In this document: positions 13,301 through 25,153 of the stretch, piece after piece
How positions within the stretch are numbered: the first letter of the stretch is position 1
How the letters are laid out: each line of letters opens with the position of its first letter
Assembly: GCA_040954595.2 (NCBI GenBank)
Contig: CM082578.2
Location: forward strand, 11,353,166 to 11,417,165
Direction of reading: 5' to 3'
Source of the DNA: Balanoglossus misakiensis
Taxonomy: Eukaryota; Animalia; Hemichordata
DNA length: 64,000 nucleotides
Position numbers and translations under genes: made by a program
The notes under the pieces: generated by a model
What the model saw: the letters and a program-made list of their open reading frames with translations, nothing else
Database searches by the model: none
What the model was told of the DNA's origin: nothing

Positions 13301-14839
13301 TGGAATGTAGGGTGCCAATCCAAACAGGTACTTGATTTGACTTGTAAAGATGTGACAGGCTGCACCCGTCGTGAAACCTCTCACTAATGGAGTCGACAAG
13401 TACACAGTCACAAAACCAAAATGGATTACGCACAGGATGATCTGTGGGGGGGGGGGGGTAAAAAAAGTGTAAATAAATATAATACATGTAACTAAACTGG
13501 CAATATTTTACTTTGTCCTACATTACATTGAAACCCTTTTTATCCATACCAGAAACTTTCACTGAAGTAACAGAATGCATGCTACATCAACAAGAAAAGG
13601 TGAGAATAGAGTTCCATAAATAACCACAGAATCAGTGTGCTTTAGTATGATCAACTCCTTATATGTAAGGAAACAGAGCTAAGCTTGCCAAATCATGCCA
13701 TTTGGGCCTTTCAATTTAAAATCAAGGAAAACAGACTAACCTGTATGACTCCCACCATCAACGTCAGTGCTGTTATTGCCAGTAATTTTTCATGTTCATA
13801 ATCAGCTACGGCATCACTGCCTGTCCCGTTGGTCAAATTGTAAAATATGGCCGTGTCATTCTCGTCCAACATGGCCCCCGATGTCTCTGGAGGTGGGCCA
13901 ATCACCTTGGCAACGGCAGAGCCAGCCATCAAGCTGACAACGCCAAACGTGCCTGAGAATGGTGATGATACAGAATCAATAAGGAAAAAGTATGAAATCA
14001 TAGCTGAAAACCGAAAATTAAAACTTCCAAGTGCGACCATAGTGTTTCTGCGAAAAACCACCTGTTCAACTTTCAAGTTGGAAATTTCTACCTGGGGAAA
14101 GCAGACTTGTTCCGTTAGTGTTATGAACTGGTGTGTACTTACCGAAGGCCATGTGCTTTGATGTACCAAAGAACGAATACACCAAGATTGGAAAGAACGC
14201 AGTGTAGAGACCATAGATTGGCGGCATGTTGGCCAGCAGGGCAAAAGCCATACCTGTCAGAGTAAACATATCATTAGATTAACAAATTTCATAAGCCTTT
14301 TTTAATGTTGGGTCTTCCTAAAAATCGGCAGAGACAGGAAAAATAAAATCTTTACAACGAGCTGTAAGAGTTCTATGAGGTAACTTCAAAGTCAGAAATT
14401 TTGGCACAAAGATTTCATAAAATACAGTGAATATAGAATATACAATGCGTTGTCAACTTTTTACCCAGAATGCTAACGTAGCAAGAATTGAATTACATCG
14501 AATTTTTTCACCCAAATACTTACTCTGCGGGATATTCATGACGGCTACAGTAAAACCACCCAACACGTCACCAAGTAAATCCTCGCGGATCTGATACTTG
14601 GGCAACCAATCGAGAATCGGTATTTTGGACAGCACAAAGTTCTTCAGACATGACGGAGAACACGCGCACTGCTTCTTGACGTATTTGCCGGCGCGTTGAA
14701 GCAGGGTGGGTTGATCCCTGGACTGAGCCTGATAACCTTCATGAAATTCACTCTCCGAGTACACAGGCCTCGAGACGTGGTAGTTGAGCCTCTGCCGAAG
14801 TTCGTCTCCGGAATCCACGTAGCCTTTTTTGCTGTCCAT
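7364..14839 (-). CDS. SLC26: SLC26/prestin-like anion transporter with STAS domain, paralog B (14 coding exons), convergent with paralog A
   Basis: Exons: 14839-14524, 14253-14143, 13952-13741, 13441-13271, 12736-12501, 12193-12046, 11779-11666, 11086-11009, 10347-10252, 9939-9766, 9475-9257, 9030-8826, 8689-8559, 7408-7364 ([14 protein letters not shown]). Exon lengths match paralog A (111, 171, 236, 148, 114, 78, 96, 174, 205, 131 nt). Signature [24 protein letters not shown]. Confidence 0.93.
12374..12396. repeat. (CA)n microsatellite
   Basis: Visible dinucleotide repeat in an SLC26-B intron. Confidence 0.9.
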
Positions 14840-15709
14840 TTTTTTCTTCTGGAAAGAAAATTAGGTCAGAATTTAGCACAGCTTTTACGCTGGACCACCC
14901 TCGATCTCCCTGATAAACGTATTCAAAACTGCATTTCAATTAAAATTGTCACCCAACAGAACTGGGTGGTTTACAGCAAAGTGCATATAATTTTGGTGAT
15001 CTAGGCTCGATAAAAATAAACGAAACATCTGTCTGCAAATATTCTTGTCAAACAGCACTGAAAATATCGCAACAGATGTCTATCACTGACGAGCAGCCAG
15101 TACTAATTTTTTTAAGTACATTTAATGGGATACATTTTGCAGTGTCATGGTCCAGTTTCCCAAACAGGTACCGGATTCAGCCCGAGCATGGAGATACCTC
15201 TATGACACAAACAAAGGTTCATTGTTCAGAGCATGCCATCAGAGTTGCACTTGTCACATGTGTCTTGTACAATAATGTAAAACCATCCTCCATTTCAGCT
15301 GTAAGTACATCACACAGTTTCAACAATCGATGCATACACCACATAGATGCTTTAGATGTTTCATTCTAACCTTATATAGTCATGCGGTAAATTATTGCCA
15401 GCTTTCATCACAATTGTTTCTAAATTTAGAATATAACACTCAGGATGCCAACAGAGGCTGATCGCGCCACATCTTTTATTACATAATACAATGTAGGCCA
15501 CTATTTATATATAAATTTCTGATGCACAGTACACCTTGGGTCTGTTCTGCAATTTTCAAAAGACAACTTTCCCAGCTCCTGACTCAGACCCTACACCCTG
15601 GTAGGGATTTTTTGGTATGGCATCACACATCATTGAACTTTTCCCCCTCTTTTACAGAAACACAATTTTTGGATGAGGTAAAGTGCAACAAATTCAACAG
15701 TGTGGTTCA

Positions 15710-15867
15710 CTGTATTCATAGACTGTTTCTACAGCCTATGCTGTAATTGACGGTAAAAAACTCATACCAACAAAAATGCCAGGATGTAAAGGTCACACAG
15801 GGGTCGTGAAAGTGGCCTATTCTGAAGAGTGTGGATAGCCAATAAACCATACTGTTTATGAATAAAC
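15710..15867. mobile_element. Two putative P-superfamily excision footprints
   Basis: ctgtatt | catagactgtttctacagcctatg | ctgtaat (15710-15747) and aataaac | catactgtttatg | aataaac (15841-15867). Confidence 0.55.
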
Positions 15868-18553
15868 AGAGTAATTGTTTCGATGGCTACCAGACAAACA
15901 AGTGACCATTTACACATCAGCTGAGACAATAGAGAGACAATAGACCCTCATATCATTCCTACTGTCAGGATTTGTTCCTGTGACCTTTGACATTTCATCA
16001 CACTTGCTGCACAATAGTATTCAAACATCCTTGGCAAACTGTTTATTGTACACCCCTGGATTAGGTGCCCCGGGTGTGAAGTTGTGGCCCTTCTGTTCTT
16101 TTTTTTGTTTGTTTCATGAAGAAAGTCACAAGGTTGCAAATTCCAAGTACAAAGTATCTGACTTCAGCCAAAAAATGTTTTACCCCTTTTCTATAAAAAA
16201 AAAATGTGTATGTGTTATTGTGGCTAAACTGCTTCTTGGGAGTAATATCAGCCTTTACAGACGAACCAAGCCTCTTTGAATGAATCATGGTTTTGTCATC
16301 TGGGAGATAACGTCTGCAGTTCGATCCTCAGCGCATGGGTCAGAAGATAGACTACATGTATTTTTAGACAACTTAGGAACCACATCCATCTTTGGGAAGC
16401 CCCAGTGAAGCCCCACGCAAATCAAAAACAAAACATGCCCCTTTTAGGCCTAATCCAAGAAATAAGCAATGGCTATCACTCTTACACAAATGGGCACAAT
16501 CCTGGAAGTAGGAAGTGCTCCATATCTCCATTATGTGACAAACATGGAGAAGTTAACTTTATCATAATTTGAATTTCATTTCATGATGCTTTTAGGAAAG
16601 AAAATCCAAGTACAAGTACCCAAAGTTCTGTGGCTGGAACAGGGATGTTGATCGTAACCTTCATGTTAGGATATATGAACCCAGATTGATCGTCATGAAG
16701 ACCTAATTCTTTGTGATCTCAGTCTGAGGAGAAATTTGTATCATTATACAAATAGTACTCTAATACCCAGCACAGTGAAACTGTGTTCGCATTCACTGTG
16801 CTTTAAATCCACAAAAGAATGCTCAACAATCTCCAAAACTCTAAAAAAAACGAACCTCCTACCTCAAAATGCTTGGCGGTCACCAGTCACAGATGATGAA
16901 GGAATTGCACTGACCACGCAGTTGGTACCAACGTCTTCGGACAGAAACTGTAGAATCTGACAGTGCTTCAATGGCCAGTTGAGGTCTACTTCTTGGATGT
17001 GCCCTGAAAGTCGGCATTTATATGATCAAGGAGCAATTAAGGGCACATTTGCATGAACATCACAATAAATTACCATAACAATTGGTTACAACTGCTGCTC
17101 ACCCCCCCCCCCCCCCCACAGGAGAGTGGTATACTCCAAGATTCACTCAATACATGATTTATTTTCCAAACCAATTACACAGACAATTAAAATCACATTT
17201 TGATACTTGATGTGATAAAATTTCAAAGAGGATAAAATGGTACAACCAACCATTGGGTCTGTGCGACCATTAACATGTATAATATGAACAACTGTATATA
17301 TATTCCATTGAATATCAAAAAGTATGTGTCCATATATACTCATTTTCAACTTGTTATCAAATGCAGGCTGGTTGCAATAAAAAGACGTTTGTCCAGATCC
17401 CAATCGGTCAACCTGTAACAATACCATTGAAAAGCCATTTATCCTGATGGCAACTTAAATGTGCAACACTTTACCTACCGCTGTGTCAGCTCCTATGATC
17501 CTGCTAGGTTAATCAAAAGGGCATGTCGACTACAGTAAACTGTTTTATGACAGTGTAATATTATGAAACAGAAACTACTGTAAAACATAGAAATTTAGTC
17601 TGTGACGCGGGTCTGGGACCTCTGCTGTCGCGAGTCGGAATATAAAACGCCGAGTTTATATGATAATCCTAAGATAACGCTTTACAAAAATGCAAATGTG
17701 ACCTTTACTATACAGACAAACAAAAGATGGATGCTATTGACATTTCTCGTGTGTGCGATGTCGTTTGCACACGTGCGAATGTCTCGGGAACTTGCCAGAA
17801 AGCCCCCCCCCCCCCAACCCCCACCCTAAAAAAACGCGGAGGGAACAAAATTTATTGGTGAAAGTGTCGTTTGGAGGGAAAGTTCCAACTACCTACCTGG
17901 GCTAGTAAATCCATACTGTGACAAATTGTTGTCGACATGGTTGTCACCTCAAGTGACATATCGCATACATGTTGACACGGCGATGTGACCAAAGCTACAG
18001 GGCCAGAACGCTGCGGTGTGTCCCCAGGACTTCTGTCACTAAAAAAAGAGTAAAGTATGATTCGTCACAGCTAGGTCAAGTGAGAAAAATGTGACCCTAT
18101 CACGCGAGGGCGATATCGATCTTGGGTTTAGGTACAGCAGACAAACAGTGATGTATGTATATATGTACAAAGTACTGATGTACTTGTATCATGGGCATGG
18201 CGGAAGTGCCCGTCTTTCCTCTGGCCCACTACTTTGATTTGGGTCGCCTTGATTCTTGAAAGATCTTGTCAAAAATCAGTCGGCCGAAGCAAGTATGTCT
18301 CTTGAATTAATCTCGGTCCCCAGGCAGCGTGCCTTCACAGAGGAGATTCACTGTGTTATCGTCAATCGTCTATGTACTTGCCAAGATACATGTAGGCCTA
18401 TTCATCTCTGAAGATAGATGGACGTCGAAGGAAATCTTCTATGGTTGGTATGAGCTGAGCTACATAGGCCAAAGGCCGTGTCATGTCAAAAGTTCAGGCC
18501 AAGCCTGAATTATTATAGAGTGAGAGGGCCCAGGCCTGGGGCATCGATGTTGT

Positions 18554-18587
18554 ATTGCACCATAGACTGTCTAGTCTATGATTGCAC
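18554..18587. mobile_element. Putative P-superfamily transposon excision footprint
   Basis: attgcac | catagactgtctagtctatg | attgcac (perfect 7-bp direct repeat, CATAG...CTATG ends). Confidence 0.65.
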
Positions 18588-19487
18588 CAGTGCGCGCTCG
18601 ATCGACGTGTAGCGCCCTCTGACACTGCCATGCTATTGATAATGCTACAATTTTCCCAGAGGATTTTACTGTACCTTACGGGCACTCTCTGAGAGTGCAT
18701 GTTGTGTGCTGAAATAAAATAAAATATTCAAAGCTTTGCATAATGTCCTCAGTGTACGTACAGGTGTTGGGAGGGAGAGAAATTTGTGCCCACCCCACTG
18801 GTCTTGTCCTCACACTCACAGTAATTGACGTCGGATTTTCATCTGACAAGTGGCATCTTGGCCCGCATCTTGGAAACTGTCCACGTTGGGCAATTGCTGG
18901 GAGTTCTGTCTAAAAAAACCGTGAACCTTGTCGTATAGAATGACGTAATTACTGTTTAGAAATGACAATATATGTGGCAATATTAATATTCTAGGGCCTA
19001 ATCATGTTCAAAGAGAGTGATCTTGATATCGTATATCACTATCGTGCAATAAACAGGTCTGATATTAAACTATTGGCGGAGAGGTAACTCAAGATAGACC
19101 TATAGCAGCCAATGTAGTTTTATAAAGGAAACTCTGAAAAGGTCGTATGTGCCCTGATAGAAAACCCCAACAATCCCTTATTTCTTCCCCCCCCCCCCAA
19201 AAAAAAAAATCTCTCCCCATACGCTTTAATATCGCAAAGAATTGAAAGGTTTGGAGGACGATCATTGTTCTCAAAAATTTGTCCCCCGCATACGACATGC
19301 ATGTAAATCGAACACCCAAACTTTCTCCGGCTATATTTCCATTCTTTCTAAAAACATTGCCTTTAGTTTGCTCCGCTATCAAATCGACCGATGCTACAAC
19401 AATTAACTATTGTGCTGAATCAGAATATAAAACGTAGGAATTATACGACTTGCTCTCACAGGAATTTTTGAATTTAGCAGAGAAGCA

Positions 19488-22400
19488 ATGGACGACAGGG
19501 CTCTACCTGAAACTGTTGGCGGAGAAATCATGATCATACGCGAGGTACGCTGTTATACACAGTTGATAATTTTCCTCTTTCAAATCATAGACCCTAGAGA
19601 AAGATTTTCTCTAGGGTCTATGTTCAAATGCACTCCTGTATATGTACTGTGATGCTCATGTTAAAATGAACTAGTAGATATATAAGCAGACGAATATCCA
19701 ACCAAAATTACCGGACGGTACGGACAACCGTGGTTTCGATGGAAGTCTGCGTTTGTCCAAGTGTCACAAAAGTTTAGTGAAGACAGAGCTATACACAAAA
19801 TAACGTTCGGTTAGATGTGGAACGGTACAAGTTAATTCGCACGTATTGGCAGTGACATCGACTCGGAATTAAGTAAAGGATATTGTACTAACTTTATTAT
19901 AATCCATGTTTGGAAAACATGCTGCCCATTGCAATGCAATGTAAAACAAAGCGCGTCAAGCAGCATAGATTGCATGGTAACTGTTTGGTTTTCATATAAA
20001 GGTAACACAATTCTAGGAATCACTGTAACACTGTGCAAATAAGAACGCGGAGTTTGTGCATTTAGAGGGAGAGACTGACTCATGAACTTTCGGAGACAAG
20101 TCGGCAATCAGCAACGGTGCTGGGTTAATTGTATCAATGTTCAGTATTTTACCAAAACAAATCGTTTTGCCGATTATTTCAAATTCATCCGAATCTTCTT
20201 TATGAAAAGCAGAAATTGCATTATACTCATGAATTTCTCATTTTCTTGTATTTTTATTAATAAGGAAGAAAAGAAGAAACGCCGCCCTCGATTAGCTGCT
20301 ATAGTATTACCTCTTCTTGGAGCATGCGTCTTGATTTGTTGTGTTGTTGGTGTTGTCATAGGAACAGCCAATAAACCCAAAGCTAATAGGTCTCTGCTCG
20401 GTCAATCTGTATCCACAGGTAAGTACATCTACAACTTCAGGATAATCCTACGTAATGATTCTATTATAGTTTACTCATTATATAAGTATTTCACCCGGCC
20501 ATGCAGCTTATAAACCCTTTGATGTCCTCAAAGACTGGAAGTCTGAATTGTCTTGCCATACAAAGTTCCCGAAAGATATTTTCTCGTCGAAGGAGAATTT
20601 CTTTTAAATACGATATCTGGTTTCAGTCGACCACGTACGATAGCATGTAGACTAGCCCACTAGTCGCTTGGTGATTTTTAAATCTCAATACTTAATGTGT
20701 TTTCGGTAGTTTTTTTTTGTCTTAATAAATAATTTCAATACTTTTTGCGTGCATGCTTGCCTTGAGCGTGTTTTTGGTAGTGAGGTGAGTTTCGAATTTG
20801 GGACTGAGCTTGTGGTTTCGGGTAGCGTCGCGTTCTCTACACATAATGAAGCCCATAGACTTGGAGCAAGTCTAGATAGCATGACTTGAGCTCAGGCTGT
20901 GCCAACTGAAACAAGAATTAAACTTCAAGAATGTAGAAGCATAGACGGTATATAGACTTAGTCCAATATTAAAATAAGACTTTCTATTAGATGTCGATAA
21001 AGAATATGTAGAAACATATGCACAAATAGTGATTGCGGCTTTTAAAGTTTGTAGAGAACACGACTTACTCTGATTCGAAAGGAAAACTAGTTCTTGATGA
21101 CAATTTACGTACTGTCTATGTTCAATCTTTCATCAAATGATCACGACTGCGATGGCTTCTGTCACAAGATAGCTATGTTAATTTTAAAACGACTTCACTG
21201 TACGTTCAGAAAGCATGGTGTCTTCTTCAATTTTCTCAGATATAGATGAATGTCAGTCAAATCCCTGTCAACACAACTCATCTTGTACCGATGATATCAA
21301 CGGATATGCATGTGAATGTGAACTTGGGTATGAAGGAACCAACTGTGACGTGGGTAAGTCAACGATTACGACACTTATCTATGATAGCTGGAGAAAAATC
21401 TGGAGAAAAAAACGAAACAAACCACATATATACAAGGGGTATAACCCAGCAATGCGTCTGTACCCTCAGATGCAAATCTGTAAATTGTATTTTATTGGCA
21501 AGAAATATATAACTTCTTATCTCTGGTCGCAGATACCTCATCAAAAGTCAGGTGTAAGTGATTTTGCATATTTCTGTCAACCGTGCAATTTTCAGGCATA
21601 CTCTTGTATTACTCCTCAGATACAGATGAATGCCAATCCAATCCTTGTCAACACAACTCATTTTGTGAGGATGATATCAACCGATATTCATGCCAGTGTG
21701 AGATTGGGTATGTAGGAACTAACTGTGAGATCGGTGAGTGCATAGTGTTTGTCAATGAGTTTTCTTCATGTCCTCTGATCGACTTCGCAACGGGAATATA
21801 AGACTTAGTACATGTGCAGGTGCGTGCATGCTGATTGTTAAGAAACGTAAAGAGTAACATTCCAACCACGGGACAGACTACTAGTATGTTCACACGTGAT
21901 TACTAGTATTCTTTAAGCACAATCTCTCAGTTTCACCTCTCTCTGTCTCTGTCTCTGTCTCTGTCTCTGTCTCTCTCTCTAACACACACAAACACACCGT
22001 AAAACGCACACTAGCTGTGTGTCCACCGGAATGGAAGATATTCGACAACATGTGTTATTATTTTGGAACCTACAAGTTCACGTGGAACGAAGCTGAGGAT
22101 TACTGCCAATGTAAAGGCGGTCACTTGGCTAAGGATACGATAGAGGTTCACAGCTTCCTGGCTGCAGAAGTCTCCAAGCTGGACACAAGTGGTTGTGATC
22201 CCTTATACACGTGTAATCTCTTCATTGGTTTGCTGTTTGAGGTTAGTGAATACAGTCGTTCTAATCGTTATGCATATTGGTTCCGCCACATCTTCCAAGA
22301 CATATCAAGCTCACAACCAAGTAGACATTCTGGGATAGGCCTTGACGCCTTCGCCTTTTGTTGTTGTTGTTGTTGTTGTTAAAACATATACACAAGTAAA

Positions 22401-23369
22401 ACGATGCAAACCGGTCTGCAGTCTTTTGTGTGTTTGACGTGGAGTTGAGAGCGATACACACTTCATTTGATCACAAGCTGTAGATAAACGATTTCATGTG
22501 ACCTTACTGAGATTGGTCGTTGGTGTGACTGACCACCCAATGCCACCTATTAGAAAGACTAAGATTGTTCACAATCCTTGGAGGGACTGCCGATTGTTGG
22601 ACGCCACTAATACGGAGTGGAATCAGCTCACCCTACTCCGTCTATGTGGAAAATAATGTACAGCTGTGCCTTGACCTGATTTTAGACTAGTGTTGTTTTT
22701 TTCATGTAAACTGTAGGAATCTACCTATATACCTCCAATAATGAATTCTTGTTTTAAAAATAAAGCCCTCTGCCGGCTACCGATGGTCCGACGGAACAGT
22801 GTTTGACGACAGCTTTATGCCTTGGAATACCCCGGAACCTAATAACGACGATGTTCAGTCGTCTGTTGAACTGATAATTCGTACCGCTACCCTCTCCAAT
22901 ATCCTGTGGAATGATCGCCCAATCATCACCGATTATCCGTATTTGTGGTACATCTGTGAAAAGACAGGTAAGTCGACACATAGCCCCATGGTCGAAAAGA
23001 ACGTGCACCCTCAACTGGCGGAACCAGCTTTGCGTGATGACTTTGCTGAAACCGTTGAGGGCGCATCCGTGTCTGACGTGGAACATGCCTACCTGTGGTG
23101 TGAGTGCATCTAATCTTTATAATCTCCATCTTGCGGCCTTCAAAACTCTTCTCAGTACAACCCAAAGCCTCACTGTTTATAATCCACTGTTGTATTAGCT
23201 TTCAGACAGTGTTACATCTCGATCATTATCTTCCGGGTGACACGAATAAATCCATTTTGAATTATGTCCGTGAAAGGAAACTGAGGTCCTTTTCGATTCT
23301 TCGTCATCAAATGAGTAAACGACTTCAAAGCACAATCATTCATTTATTCTATTTACAGGTGCTCAATGA
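19488..23369 (+). CDS. Type II membrane protein: short cytosolic tail, TM, two calcium-binding EGF domains, C-type lectin domain
   Basis: Exons 19488-19544, 20265-20418 (KKKRRPR then hydrophobic [24 protein letters not shown]), 21240-21353 and 21620-21733 (two 114-nt phase-1 [12 protein letters not shown] EGF exons), 22015-22241 and 22766-22967 (CPPEW...CY...TWNEAEDYC...GGHLA, FIGL, WSDGT, EPN, WND, YICEK), 23359-23369. TATAAAA near 19426; AATAAA at 23743. Confidence 0.85.
19579..19629. mobile_element. Putative P-superfamily transposon excision footprint (17-nt + 3 + 17-nt palindrome between 7-bp direct repeats)
   Basis: ttcaaat | catagaccctagagaaa gat tttctctagggtctatg | ttcaaat. Confidence 0.7.
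21938..21980. repeat. (TCTCTG)n microsatellite
   Basis: Visible tandem repeat before the first lectin-domain exon. Confidence 0.8.
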
Positions 23370-25153
23370 AGGTGTTACCATGGAGATGTTTCTGGCGTGA
23401 ATCGGCATATTGCGATGATGTCATATTTGCTGCAAAGACAGAATTATGCTAATTTTAAAGTTGCCTTTTTTATATTGTTACAGAAGTGCATTTTCCATAT
23501 CACATGGTTCAAAAGTATCTTCAGATTTCCAGAGAGAGTTCAACTTGTTCTTTTTGTTAGCAATAGGAAGTTCTACATTTTGTATATTCTGCAGATATTT
23601 TTTGAACCCCGTTAATTTGTTTTTTGATTTTTGTACTTTGATCTGTAGATGTCAATATTTCGCAGCAAGGAATACTAAATGTTTGTTTGAAATGGCAGTT
23701 GGCACGTCCGTTTTTATCTAGTGATATATCCGTGACCTATTAAATAAAGGCAATCCTCCATCGGATCTTTTTATCTCAAACAAGTTTCGACTCTTTTTAT
23801 CGCAGATCTGTCCGGGCTGGGTTACGGAATTGTTTAATCAATCACATACATTTGTTTCACATTCGTAATTTTAGATGACAGAAGGGTTGGTCATTTTTGT
23901 TCTGTGTGAATTCATAGCACGCCGTGAGGCTCTAAGCCCGCTCTCCGGTCATATTTATTGACACTGAATTGGTTTGAAGTGTATACTATGTATTTGAAAT
24001 ACACTGTACACTTCGAATGTATTACTGTTAAAGAGGCGAGTTGAACGAGGCCTCATTCATGTCAAAGGGCATTGCGCGGTTCATGGTGACAGAGGGCGCA
24101 GTCACGGTGGCTGAGTTGGCGTTCTGACGAGAACTGACTAAGTAGGCCAATGTATGTATGAGGATCATTTGTCCATTTTATTGCGATGGGTCAGGTTGCC
24201 ACTGTAAGGACATGATCCCGGAACATTCCTTAATGTATACGCGCGCATTGGTGCACTTATCCCCAAAGCAGATCCCGTTTACTGAAGGCCGTTCACCAGC
24301 TGGGCCTATATAGGCCACTGAAATGTTTGTAGATAATTGGCCATCGAGGTTTGTACGTGCATGGACATCCAGACTATTTGTACCAGGCGACAAATTGGTG
24401 TGGTGGCATCATTATTTTACTGACAACTTCACTGTCCCTCGGAAATCACAGTTAACCTTAACAGCGCTTAATCATTGAACCCTTAGAAAGTGAAACGCAT
24501 CGTGCCGCCGCCACCTCGACGAATCTCGCACTCGGCAAACGTCGGCGAATTTTGCCTTACAAGTTGTGCTAGCTGGAAGGAATAAGAGACATCAAGACAT
24601 ATTCCCACAGGTTTTTGGACATCATAAGAATGTCGGGGTTACTTTCACTAATTTCATAACGGTAAGTACATGTACTGGCATGAAACACCCCCTATATAGA
24701 ATACAAACTACTCCCGGAGAAAAATTCCATGATGAGAACAAAACCCGTACGCTGAGTTTAAGTTGTCTAAACCACATCTACCCTTTCTTAGAGCGAGATA
24801 GAGAGAGAGAGAGAGGGATTTTAGTGAGAGAGAGAGATGCATGCATGCATGAGTGCATGCATATTCAATGAAACTGATTCCGATTTAACCACTGGCATTC
24901 CAAATATTTTCTTCCATATGGCAAGCGCGTGGGTAATCCGATCATTAGAGTAAGGTCAGCATCAAGGCAAAGTTTTATGAATATTTTAGTCAGAAAGTAT
25001 GCTTATTTACCTGGAATCTGGGCCATCTGCACCTTTCTCACACGTAACGTGATGGCAATTGGAAAATGAAGGAGATATTTTTCTCTTGACACTTGATAAT
25101 GTCATATTTGTTTTCATAATTACAGGTATTTCGCTACACCACTGAGGTCAGCT

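Noticed and set aside
15187-15204. catggagatacctctatg as another footprint
   Set aside because: Inverted ends are present but the flanking 7-mers do not match.
16300-16340. tRNA or SINE based on the B-box-like gttcgatcct
   Set aside because: No cloverleaf or convincing A-box.
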